A program made the position numbers and the translations under genes. From a virus, in IMG/VR virus record IMGVR_UViG_3300037458_000975: a stretch of DNA of 49,355 bases; one strand, 5' to 3'. The notes below the pieces were generated by a model, which saw only the letters and a program-made list of their open reading frames with translations, had not been told where the DNA came from and did not search any database. This document shows positions 32,877-41,657 of this stretch, one piece after another. Position 1 is the first letter of the stretch. Each line of letters starts with the position of its first letter.

Positions 32877-34502
32877 CTATTCGCCGGTCAGGGTGGCCAC
32901 GCCGACGGCGGCGTTGAAGCTGTTGGCGGGGATGCCCCCGTAGGCGTGCACGACCGCCAGGCGCTGCACGTCGAGCGCGGCGGCGGTGGTGTCGTTCAGC
33001 TTGAAGTCGCCGTTCGCGTCCGCGGTAACCGCGCCCTCCTGCGCGACGGTGGCGGGGTTGGTGCCCGTGGCCATCACGATCATCCGCGCGCTGGTGCTCG
33101 GCGCGGCGTTGGCCGGCACCACCCACTTGCCGACGTAGCTCGTGCCCTGCACGTTGGCCGAGTAGCTCGAGCGGTTGCCGGCGGCGTCGTACGCGCGCAC
33201 CTTGAGGTTCACGCTGGTGCCGTCGGCGAGCCCGCTCTTGGTGTGCGAGAGCGTGTTGCCCTTGTCGATCGCCGTGCCGTCGTTCTCAGAGACTTCGTAG
33301 CCGGTGACACCTACGTTGTCGCTCGAAGCCGACCACCCCCACGTGAGCGTGCTGCGCGTGCGCGAGGAGACGGCGAGGCCGCCAGGGACGGTGGGCGCTT
33401 CGGTGTCGGAGGCGGAAGGCGCATACAGCACCATCACACCGCAGGCCATAAGCACAACGCGAGCCGACGATCCGGCATCGTCAATGCCGCCGATCTGAAG
33501 TGCGTCAATCCCGCCCGTTGTCCAAGCTGACGACGTGTTGGGATCAGTTTCCATGACATGCGTGTAATGCGCCGCAGTACCGGGGTCGCTTGCGGTTGCA
33601 GTAACGGTTGTCCCACCAGATTTAATCTGCGGCGACCAAGACGAGGCTGACGTGTCCTGACGCGCGTACCACTGCCCGAGAACAGCGGAAATCGTGCCGG
33701 ACACTCCGGCCGCCGCCGCGCTTTCCATCCCCATCAACTGCTGCGAACCTGCCGCGTTGGACGTGATGTAGTCCGCTCCGCTCCACGGCAGATCATCCAC
33801 GAGCGCATAGCGATCTGAACCCGTGCTGCACGTCCACGAACCGCTCACGTCCGAATCGGGGTTGACGTGCGCGATAGCGTAGTTTGAAGGGGCATAGGCA
33901 GAATTACTGATCACCACATCGTCAAACTGCGCGGTGTAACCAGACCCGTTGGTGTCAACGTTTTTGCCAAGGATCAAATAGCATCCGTCCGCTCCGCCCC
34001 AATTTTCCGTCCCGGTTGTGATTTCAACGGACTCGTTGATCCGCAAAGATCCAACGCCAGACGCGGACGGAACGGTGAAGTCGATTCGGTAAGTCGTGCC
34101 GGTGGAAAGCGCCGATGTAGAAGTGCCGCGTGAAGTTCCCGTACCATCGACTAATTCAAGCTTCCCGTCGCTGCGAATCCAGATGATTGCTTTGCCGACG
34201 CCACCTTGATAATCAAGCAGCCTGACAAGGCGCTCTGTCGCCGAGGGCAAGGAAACCATCTTGACCTTAAACGAAACGTAGGTCGTCGCACAGACAGGGC
34301 CGAGATACCCTTTCCACGTTCCTGACGTTTCTCCAAGAGCCCCAAACGTACAGTAGCCCGTATTCGATCCAGTAGGATTTACGAGAATGTCGCGCGTTCC
34401 GGAGATCGGCGCGGAAGTGTTGTACGAACAACTTCCGCCCAGCGTCACAAACGCAGAGGTATTAACCCCTTGCTCTGCAGTGAAAAGCGCTTTAATCGCC
34501 AT
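32877..34502 (-). CDS. fibre/receptor-binding protein with jelly-roll (LamG-like) N-terminal part and a fibronectin type III domain
   Basis: FN3 region: EAPTVPGGLAVSSRTRSTLTWGWSASSDNVGVTGYEV...VRAYDAAGNRS (nt ~33138-33407). The N-terminal pattern ...LILGKNVD...AQFDDVVISN is LamG-like. Confidence 0.6.
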   Translation of the reverse strand: MAIKALFTAEQGVNTSAFVTLGGSCSYNTSAPISGTRDILVNPTGSNTGYCTFGALGETSGTWKGYLGPVCATTYVSFKVKMVSLPSATERLVRLLDYQGGVGKAIIWIRSDGKLELVDGTGTSRGTSTSALSTGTTYRIDFTVPSASGVGSLRINESVEITTGTENWGGADGCYLILGKNVDTNGSGYTAQFDDVVISNSAYAPSNYAIAHVNPDSDVSGSWTCSTGSDRYALVDDLPWSGADYITSNAAGSQQLMGMESAAAAGVSGTISAVLGQWYARQDTSASSWSPQIKSGGTTVTATASDPGTAAHYTHVMETDPNTSSAWTTGGIDALQIGGIDDAGSSARVVLMACGVMVLYAPSASDTEAPTVPGGLAVSSRTRSTLTWGWSASSDNVGVTGYEVSENDGTAIDKGNTLSHTKSGLADGTSVNLKVRAYDAAGNRSSYSANVQGTSYVGKWVVPANAAPSTSARMIVMATGTNPATVAQEGAVTADANGDFKLNDTTAAALDVQRLAVVHAYGGIPANSFNAAVGVATLTGE

Positions 34503-34506
34503 TTTG

Positions 34507-37500
34507 TTACCTCAGTTTCACCAATCCGACCGCATCTGCGCCGCTCAGGATGTACCCGATTATTCCCGCATCATAAAATTCCGCGATCCTGTTCGAGACG
34601 CCAACCGTCACGTCCAAAGCGTCAGTCCTTGGTCTCCGCTTGCTGGTTCCGTTGGCATTGACGTAAGGCACCGCTGCATCGGCCACAGGCAGACGATCAA
34701 CGTAGAACGTGCCAGGCGCAGTGCGTTCGACGGTGTAAAACTCGCCGTCCGCCTTGAAGATGACGTACTTGTTTAGGAGGCGGGAGAAGATGATCGAAAG
34801 CCCGCTTCCACCTGACGGCGATCCAATAATGATCGGGTCTTGCAAGATCGACACATACGGTCCGGAGCAAACACCCGCTCCGGTGTGCGTCTTGACCATC
34901 GTTGTGCCGCTCACGTCGTACTCTACGAGCCCCATTGTCGTGCCGTTGATCATCCCCCAACGGACGAGCCGCTTGTTGATCGGGTCAATTGCGCACGAAC
35001 CTTGGTGGAAATCAACACCGGAAATCACCGGCTCGCCCATATCGGTCTGCGTCAGCGATGCCTGATTCCAACGAATGACGCGCTTTGAAAGCGTAGGCGC
35101 GTGCAAAATCATGTAGTAAACGTCGCCGGACAGAATGTCCTGACACGTCCACCAAGCATCAAGCGGGATGCCCTGTCCAGCATCGAGCGGTCTTGATTCG
35201 AGATCAAGCGTATACATCATCCGCCCGAACCCTTTTTTCACCCATCGCTTGTCAGCCCACGTCCACGAGTCGAAATACTGACTGTGCCCCTCGTCACCTT
35301 CCTGAAGGTTTCCACAGCCAAATCGAATGTACGTGTCTCGCGCATCGATAAACTGGTTGCACTGATAGACGTGCCCTGAGTTCGGCGTGTCTCCGAGTCC
35401 AGCGATCTGCCCGGTGTTCGGGTTGGTGCGAACAGCAGGCATGGGCGGATCGGACATCGAATTGAGAAGGTCGGTGTCCGAGAGATACCGCAACTGATTC
35501 CAGCGCCTTGTAGGATCAAGCGGGTCCATAGGGCAGCCATTTAAGCCGCCCTCCCATTGACCCGTAATCACGTTTAGCCCCGACTGAAACTCGCCGCGAT
35601 ACCAATGCCGTTTGAAACTGACCGGCGGAACGAGAACCTCCCATCTCGGAGTCTCGGCAAGCAAGCTGATCCCGATCACGTCAACGCATCGAGTTGCAAC
35701 TCCGGGAGCGCCTCCCATCGGGCCGGCGTTGCCGTGGGACATGAGCCACGCGCCCTCCTGACGCGCAGCGCCGCCGGAGAATCCGATACGGCTGTATGGG
35801 TAGCCGAATCCGTTGTGACCGCCAGTCGGACTGAGCATCCCCGCATCAATCCACGGCTGGCGATCGAGGTGGGTGATCATGTCCGAGTTTGGGATGAAGT
35901 AGTGCGTATATGTCGGCAGGTTTTCTAGCCACTGCGGACGCGCCGCCTTCTTCATCGGACCAACGCGCTGCGTCGCCACGACATAAGGCCCCATCGTTGC
36001 GCCCATTCCGGTCGGGGATCGTGGATACTCACGGCCCCCGAGGGTCGTATCGCACAAAACGCCGGACACCTTGATGTCAGGATGACCGCGCAACTTTAGT
36101 CCGGTGGCGTGCAGGCAGCGCACCCCATTGACTTCGCCCCACAACTCACCATCTGCAACAGGCACGCCGTTGCCATAGGCGTCGTAAGGCCCCGTCACCG
36201 TGTTGAGCTTGATCCCGATTTCTACGTCATACGTTTCGTCCGCTTTGAGAAGCGGGAAGCCGGACGAGTGTGACCCGAGCAGGAGAGGTGTAGTAGAGGT
36301 TGCCTCAATGTCCATCGGGTAAAGGTAAATCCCGAGCGGCCAGAGGTCTTTGTACGGTTGCGGAATCGCGTCGTAGCACCGTTTGTGCGCGATGCCGCAA
36401 TCGAAATAAGTGTCCGCCCCAACGCTCATCGTGAGCGACGGCGAGCAATTCGCCATCGCAACAACAAACTCGCCATTTGCATCTGCATTCAGATCCGGGC
36501 CGGAGTACGTGAACTGCGTCGGATTCGTGGAACCCGAGTAGTTGTTGAGCCAGAACTTATCACCCGAGCGCAACACCGAAAGCGTGTTCGGGTATGCGCG
36601 ATAGACGGTGATCGAAGCCGCTCCTGCGCTCACTCCATTTTTGACTCGCAATGGATCTGCGTACCCAGCCGCCCAGCCCGTCTTGGCGGTCAAGCGAGCG
36701 GAACCGCCCGAGAAGAACCCCCATTCGCCGTTCTTGAAGTTGACCGTACCGCCTGCGAGCAACGCCTGAAATGCGCTGCTGTAATCCTCCGGCTTGGATT
36801 CATCATGCTGCACCGGCGTTGCCGTTGTGATGTTCTCGAACAGCCCCGGCGACCACACTCCTTCTGCAATCTTGTGTTCAATGTTGGTGATAACCACTTC
36901 GCCGTTCGCGTCGGACTTGATGTGTTCCCCGCCGCGTTGCGTAGAGTCAAAACGATGTTGGCGGCGAAACGGCTCCGGGTCATACCCGAGATTCTTTGCG
37001 TTGATGTAAGCGTAATACTTCTCTCCGCCACCCTTAGAGATCAGAGTCCAGCAATTCGGCGGTGCCTTGGAAAGCACGATGCTTGTCGTGCCTGCCGGGT
37101 ACGATTGCTTCGGGCGCAACCAATTCGGCATCCAATAACCACGATTGATGTTCCCTCCGTTCCCGGTGACGGACTCAAACGATCCGTTTGCAACGCGATA
37201 GCCCGCCCGGAAATCCAGCATCGACATGAATTTGGTGTTCTGAAGCGGAACAGGTTTGTCGCGCGGGATGAGCGTCCAACGGAACCACGCTTCGTCAACC
37301 TCTGCCTTGCCCTTCAAGACAAAGCGGTTGGTCATCTCCAATCCATCACGGGAACCGTAACTGTCTACCGTATCAAGGACTGAGTCTTCTTCCTTCAGGT
37401 AGTACCACGTCAGCGACGTGCGCCCTCCGAAGGCCGGATCATTCAGCGTCCGTCCAACGGCTTTCCCTTGCCACTTCGTCCGCGTGTTTGATACACCGGC

Positions 37501-38382
37501 CGGATTCCCCGCCCAAGCGCGATCAGGCCAAGTGTATGCGGTCGATTCTGCTTTCCCGTCGAGCCCGGACCACTGCGCGCCCCACCCGTCCTCAAAAGCA
37601 GAGGCCATGTGCACCGCGCTGTCTGCGCCGATTCCAGCGTCAAGCGCCCCGTAAGAATCCACCAAGCCAGTATCGGTTGTTTCGAGTCCGACGAAATCGC
37701 TCGGCAGAACAAGCAGCCTCGGGGTGTTGACCTCGTACACGTTCAACGAGCTACCGGAGATATAGATGCCCGTGACGTTTAGGCGAATCCTCGCGTCCGT
37801 GATCGTGCCAGTAGGCAATGCCGAAAGGTCGAATTGCAGAATCGTGGAAGGGCCGGTTTCGATAGTCAGCGATTGCTGACCTAACGCAAGCGCAGGGCTT
37901 GCGTCTTGTGAAGCGGAAATGCTCCCGCTGCATGTGCACGGGCAAACTGTCGTTACCCCGCCAATTGTGACGCGCAGAGTCGGAGGCGTTGACCCTAGGC
38001 GAGAGTTGAAGCTGAAATACGTCCCGCCAGAGCGGATGAGTGCTCCGCGATTGGACGCGCGCCACCGCTCAACCAATGCAACGATCCCGGCCCCGGAGAT
38101 GTCGTACTGTCCGAGTGCCGTAGGCCCAACAGGAGAAGCAAACGCATTTGCCCCTTGTGGAGACTGGTTCGCGTCAAGCCAATCACCTGTTCCTCCGTTG
38201 GCCCACGGAATCGCGATCCCGGCATTCCATGAGTCGCCCCGCATCCCGGCGATGCCGTCGTAAAGCTGGGTGTATGAAGAGGTGGACGGCGCTGGTGCCG
38301 GACGATTGACCGACAGCGCGCCAGAGAGCGAGAGCCGCCCCACCGGCCCCACGAGCCCGCTCCGCACCCCGCGCAGCCTCAC
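34507..38382 (-). CDS. large tail spike/receptor-binding protein (1291 aa), possible carbohydrate-binding or depolymerase function
   Basis: GTG start with GAGGAGG 9 nt upstream. The N-terminal region contains ILQFDLSALPTGTITDARIRLNV (DNRLRE-like pattern). The C-terminal part looks propeller-like. GC is lower than the genome average. Confidence 0.55.
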   Translation of the reverse strand: MRLRGVRSGLVGPVGRLSLSGALSVNRPAPAPSTSSYTQLYDGIAGMRGDSWNAGIAIPWANGGTGDWLDANQSPQGANAFASPVGPTALGQYDISGAGIVALVERWRASNRGALIRSGGTYFSFNSRLGSTPPTLRVTIGGVTTVCPCTCSGSISASQDASPALALGQQSLTIETGPSTILQFDLSALPTGTITDARIRLNVTGIYISGSSLNVYEVNTPRLLVLPSDFVGLETTDTGLVDSYGALDAGIGADSAVHMASAFEDGWGAQWSGLDGKAESTAYTWPDRAWAGNPAGVSNTRTKWQGKAVGRTLNDPAFGGRTSLTWYYLKEEDSVLDTVDSYGSRDGLEMTNRFVLKGKAEVDEAWFRWTLIPRDKPVPLQNTKFMSMLDFRAGYRVANGSFESVTGNGGNINRGYWMPNWLRPKQSYPAGTTSIVLSKAPPNCWTLISKGGGEKYYAYINAKNLGYDPEPFRRQHRFDSTQRGGEHIKSDANGEVVITNIEHKIAEGVWSPGLFENITTATPVQHDESKPEDYSSAFQALLAGGTVNFKNGEWGFFSGGSARLTAKTGWAAGYADPLRVKNGVSAGAASITVYRAYPNTLSVLRSGDKFWLNNYSGSTNPTQFTYSGPDLNADANGEFVVAMANCSPSLTMSVGADTYFDCGIAHKRCYDAIPQPYKDLWPLGIYLYPMDIEATSTTPLLLGSHSSGFPLLKADETYDVEIGIKLNTVTGPYDAYGNGVPVADGELWGEVNGVRCLHATGLKLRGHPDIKVSGVLCDTTLGGREYPRSPTGMGATMGPYVVATQRVGPMKKAARPQWLENLPTYTHYFIPNSDMITHLDRQPWIDAGMLSPTGGHNGFGYPYSRIGFSGGAARQEGAWLMSHGNAGPMGGAPGVATRCVDVIGISLLAETPRWEVLVPPVSFKRHWYRGEFQSGLNVITGQWEGGLNGCPMDPLDPTRRWNQLRYLSDTDLLNSMSDPPMPAVRTNPNTGQIAGLGDTPNSGHVYQCNQFIDARDTYIRFGCGNLQEGDEGHSQYFDSWTWADKRWVKKGFGRMMYTLDLESRPLDAGQGIPLDAWWTCQDILSGDVYYMILHAPTLSKRVIRWNQASLTQTDMGEPVISGVDFHQGSCAIDPINKRLVRWGMINGTTMGLVEYDVSGTTMVKTHTGAGVCSGPYVSILQDPIIIGSPSGGSGLSIIFSRLLNKYVIFKADGEFYTVERTAPGTFYVDRLPVADAAVPYVNANGTSKRRPRTDALDVTVGVSNRIAEFYDAGIIGYILSGADAVGLVKLR

Positions 38383-38410
38383 CGCCCGCCCTCCTCTCGC
38401 CCGCGCCCGA

Positions 38411-38815
38411 TCAGTTGGTGATGTTGAGCGTCACCGTGATGCCGGAGCAGCTCACCGCCACCGCGTCGCCGGGGATGGTGACGTCGGCCACGATCATGTC
38501 GCCGCCGCCGCCCGACTCGCTGATCGAGAACGAGAGCACGGCGCTGTTCGCCCTGTCGCGCAGCTGGCCCTTGGCGATGTCGCCCGCCGTCGGCGTGGCC
38601 GAGTTGCTGATGCTGTTGCTCACCGCCTGCGCGGCGCCCGTCACGGTGGTCGCGTTCTGGAACGCGGTGGCCGAGAGGTTGAGCGTGGCGAGTGCGGCGT
38701 CGCCGCTGGTGAGGAGGTGGAAGTCGCCGCTCGCGTCGCCCGATCCGGCGTTGAGCGGCGCGAGCAGCGCGTTCAGCGCGGCGCGCTCGGCGTCGTCACG
38801 AACTGTGATGGTCAT
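38411..38815 (-). CDS. small Ser/Thr/Ala-rich structural protein (134 aa)
   Basis: The ATG at 38815 has GAAGGAGA 7 nt upstream. GC is very high. It has three N-x-S/T sequons (NLS, NAT, NIT). Confidence 0.55.
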   Translation of the reverse strand: MTITVRDDAERAALNALLAPLNAGSGDASGDFHLLTSGDAALATLNLSATAFQNATTVTGAAQAVSNSISNSATPTAGDIAKGQLRDRANSAVLSFSISESGGGGDMIVADVTIPGDAVAVSCSGITVTLNITN

Positions 38816-38984
38816 GGTCGGTCTCCTTCGTAGGCGGGGTTTCAATGCGCTTAACTGAGTCGATTCGTCCGACGAACTGGCGCGTCTCGGTACGACCGTC
38901 GGCGAAGTGGAAAGTCAGCGGAAAGTGCAGCACCACATGGCCCAGTGTCGAGGGTCCACCCGGTACAACGGGTTTCTCATCCAT
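38796..38984 (-). CDS. hypothetical small protein (62 aa)
   Basis: It overlaps the stop of the upstream glycosyltransferase by 8 nt and the next gene by 20 nt. Its coding status is uncertain. Confidence 0.35.
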   Translation of the reverse strand: MDEKPVVPGGPSTLGHVVLHFPLTFHFADGRTETRQFVGRIDSVKRIETPPTKETDHDHHSS

Positions 38985-39624
38985 CTTGAAGCTCCTTCAC
39001 ATCCTGGTGGGTGTAGGTACGATAGCCAACATGCCCGATCTCACGGGACAGGTCGTGGTCTACCCAACTGTCGTAGCCTGCAGCCTGAAGAACCTGGCTG
39101 CAGTACACATCCTCGCCGCAGTAGTTCTGAACGTCGGGAATCCAGTCCATCAGGAAGTGCGGGGGCTTGGTCTTGCGGAAGCACTCGGCCTCGATCAGGG
39201 CCACAGCCATCCCAACGTGTTGGACCTTCTGCAGGCCGGTCTTGCCGCGGGAATCCAGTCGATTCCCAGCGAGGTCATGCGCCACTGGAAGGATCGGTTC
39301 GACCCTGGTGGTGCAGTTGGCGGCCACAAAGGGCTTGCGGTGGGCCAAGAGTCGATGAAGGGTGTCTCGGGGAAAGGACATGTCGGAGTCAAGGAACAGA
39401 AAGTGGCTCGAGCCACGCTGCAACCCCTTCTTGACCATGATCTGCCGTGAGGCGCCGATCATACTTGTCTCCACCCGACAGACGGCAAGCCGCTGCGACT
39501 TCGCCCCGGGAACGCGCATCCCCTCAAAATAAGCCATCAGCATTCCCAGCGAGTATCCCATCTCGCACCGCCAATAGCCGTTGGAGGGAACACACACCTG
39601 AACATCTATGTCCCGATTCTTCAT
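38977..39624 (-). CDS. GT-A fold glycosyltransferase (GT2-like)
   Basis: VCVPSNG at the N-terminus, DxD motif FLFLDSDMSF, then GMAVALIE and GEDVYCSQVLQAAGY, all typical of GT2 enzymes. Confidence 0.75.
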   Translation of the reverse strand: MKNRDIDVQVCVPSNGYWRCEMGYSLGMLMAYFEGMRVPGAKSQRLAVCRVETSMIGASRQIMVKKGLQRGSSHFLFLDSDMSFPRDTLHRLLAHRKPFVAANCTTRVEPILPVAHDLAGNRLDSRGKTGLQKVQHVGMAVALIEAECFRKTKPPHFLMDWIPDVQNYCGEDVYCSQVLQAAGYDSWVDHDLSREIGHVGYRTYTHQDVKELQDG

Positions 39625-39836
39625 TGTAGGGCACCCTCACCGAACTTGTCAAGCCCACGCGATCGGACCTGGATCGTGTAGGCGCGCACTTCGCTCAACG
39701 GCACCATGATGCCTCGGTACCCAGAAGGGAGTGACCCGGCCATCACGACCTCCTGGACGAAGCCATCCCGGTCGTCCTCGAGGTACGCCCCTCGCCGAAA
39801 GTACGGGTTCGGATGCACAACGACGTAGAGACTCAT
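39621..39836 (-). CDS. hypothetical small protein (71 aa)
   Basis: ATGA overlaps at both ends. It is the C-terminal part of the otherwise spurious ORF 39621..40436. Confidence 0.45.
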   Translation of the reverse strand: MSLYVVVHPNPYFRRGAYLEDDRDGFVQEVVMAGSLPSGYRGIMVPLSEVRAYTIQVRSRGLDKFGEGALQ

Positions 39837-40576
39837 GACGCCTCCGCAAGGGCTTGATCCATCTCCTGCCACAGAACCGGGTGCTCGAACTGCTGCTGGC
39901 GCTTCCGGACGATCTGCAGGCAGAGCCCCTCCATTACCCCATTTTCCTGGAGACTGTGGAACAGCTCTCGATCGGCCTTCCCCGCGTCGGTCTGGGGGTT
40001 GGTGTAGTCCTCCTCCGCGAGCTCCGCGTAGGTCGCGTCCTTCTCCGCCTTCCCCACGAGCCAATGCTGATGCTCGAAGATCACATCCGCAGCATATCGC
40101 AAGCTGCCGGTGCTCAGCCCGATCTGTCGCCAGGCCACGTCGAGCCAGTTGTGCTTGAAACCAGGGACGATCATCCCTCCGACAGTGCGGGCCAGCTCTC
40201 CCCCCACGCAGAAGTGCGTGCAGAGCTGGTGGCGGTGCACGCAGTCGCTCGGGTATGAAAGGTACCACTGCTCCGCGAGGGACTCGAGCTTGCCGAGACC
40301 TCGCCGGGTGCGCAGCACAATGTCGTCCGCGATGAAGCCGAAGAAGCCGTCCGCCTTGTGCTCCGCGAACCACCACTCCAACCGCTCGCCCAGCATCTTC
40401 ACCGGCACCTCGTGCAGGGTCCAACCCTTGGGCCACTGGATCGCCCAGTAGTCCTCTTTCCGCGGATCACCTTCCCACACGAGCACCGCCAGCGGTGTAC
40501 CCTTCTCCATCATGTGCCAGCTCATCGCGAGATGCGCGAGGCGCTCCGGCCTCATATACGTCGGACAGACCCACAT
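39833..40576 (-). CDS. putative glycosyltransferase (GT-A-like)
   Basis: N-terminal CPTYMRPERL and an acidic IADDIV motif. The start is either ATG at 40576 or GTG at 40579, and it abuts the epimerase stop. Confidence 0.5.
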   Translation of the reverse strand: MWVCPTYMRPERLAHLAMSWHMMEKGTPLAVLVWEGDPRKEDYWAIQWPKGWTLHEVPVKMLGERLEWWFAEHKADGFFGFIADDIVLRTRRGLGKLESLAEQWYLSYPSDCVHRHQLCTHFCVGGELARTVGGMIVPGFKHNWLDVAWRQIGLSTGSLRYAADVIFEHQHWLVGKAEKDATYAELAEEDYTNPQTDAGKADRELFHSLQENGVMEGLCLQIVRKRQQQFEHPVLWQEMDQALAEAS

Positions 40577-41583
40577 CACATCCTCCCCTCAAGCCAGGTG
40601 CTCGGCATCCGATCGGACGGAAGCTCGATCGGAAGGTAGTAGTTAAACGGACGGGGGCCGGCAGCACGGATATACTCGACAAGCCCCATCAGGCCGGTCA
40701 GGGTCGTAGTCCGCGGATAGAACCCGAACCACTCCTTGATCTTCTTGCTTGAGCAATGCGCGTGCGCGACCTCGGTTGGGCGGGCGGGCAGGTAGATCGG
40801 GTTGTGCTCTATCCCGATGATGTCAGCGAGCGTGCGGGCGAGGCACTCGATAGTGATTTCGTTTCCGTCCGGGCCGATATTGAAGATTTCTCCCGGGCAA
40901 TTCACCGACACTGCCAACTTGCACAGCGTATCCACCACGTCGTCAACGTAGCTGAACGAACGGGTTTGCTGCCCATCGCCGTAGATGACAGGGCGCTTTC
41001 CCTGCAGCATCCGATTTGTCATGATCGCAGCGACATTCCGAAACGGGTCGTCGAACTTCTGACGAGGGCCGTAGATGTTATGCGGAACCGCAATCACCCA
41101 CTCCACCCCATGTACCTCACACAGCGTGCGGAGCACGCCCTCAGCCGCAACCTTCGCGATCCCGTAGGGGTCCTGCGGCCTCGGCTCCATCGCCTCGATG
41201 AACGGGGGTTGCCACTGCCCCACGCCGTAGCGAGCCATGCTCGAGCAGAATACGATCCGGCGCACCCCAGCCGCGATCGCGTCCGTGATGACCCTCACGC
41301 TCATCTCGAAGATGCTCCGCGTGATAGTCACCGGGCTGAACACTGACAGTCCCTCGTGCGGGTGTGCGGCGCAGTGGTAGAGCACATCCACCCCTGCGAG
41401 GTCCTGCTTGATCCCGAGCTCGAGGATGTCCTGCTTGTGCCACCACTCGACCCCGTCGGGGATGTTGCCGACCTCGCCCGCAGATAGGTTGTCACACCCC
41501 ATTACCTGATGCCCGCGAAGCATCAACGCCTCCGCGAGGTTACTGCCCAGAAACCCAGCAATTCCGGTGATGTAGATTCTCAT
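40576..41583 (-). CDS. NAD-dependent sugar-nucleotide epimerase/dehydratase (extended SDR)
   Basis: The ATG at 41583 gives MRIYITGIAGFLGSNL (GxxGxxG). Also present: catalytic CSS...YGIAK (YxxxK), PHNIYGPRQ and GDGQQTRSFSYVDD. Confidence 0.9.
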   Translation of the reverse strand: MRIYITGIAGFLGSNLAEALMLRGHQVMGCDNLSAGEVGNIPDGVEWWHKQDILELGIKQDLAGVDVLYHCAAHPHEGLSVFSPVTITRSIFEMSVRVITDAIAAGVRRIVFCSSMARYGVGQWQPPFIEAMEPRPQDPYGIAKVAAEGVLRTLCEVHGVEWVIAVPHNIYGPRQKFDDPFRNVAAIMTNRMLQGKRPVIYGDGQQTRSFSYVDDVVDTLCKLAVSVNCPGEIFNIGPDGNEITIECLARTLADIIGIEHNPIYLPARPTEVAHAHCSSKKIKEWFGFYPRTTTLTGLMGLVEYIRAAGPRPFNYYLPIELPSDRMPSTWLEGRM

Positions 41584-41601
41584 AGTTATCGTTGCACCTC
41601 G

Positions 41602-41628
41602 AAAAAATGGGGAGACCGAAGTCTCCCC
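41602..41628 (-). terminator. rho-independent terminator after the major capsid gene
   Basis: On the minus strand, ggggagac-TTCG-gtctcccc is followed by A-T6, 30 nt after the capsid stop. Confidence 0.85.
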
Positions 41629-41657
41629 CAAAGTCACCAACCAAGGAGGAGGTGGTG

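Noticed and set aside
39621-40436. 271-aa minus-strand ORF overlapping the second glycosyltransferase
   Set aside because: Most of it is an Arg/Gly/Ala-rich off-frame of 39833..40576. Only the last 71 codons (39621..39836), which are ATGA-coupled at both ends, are kept.
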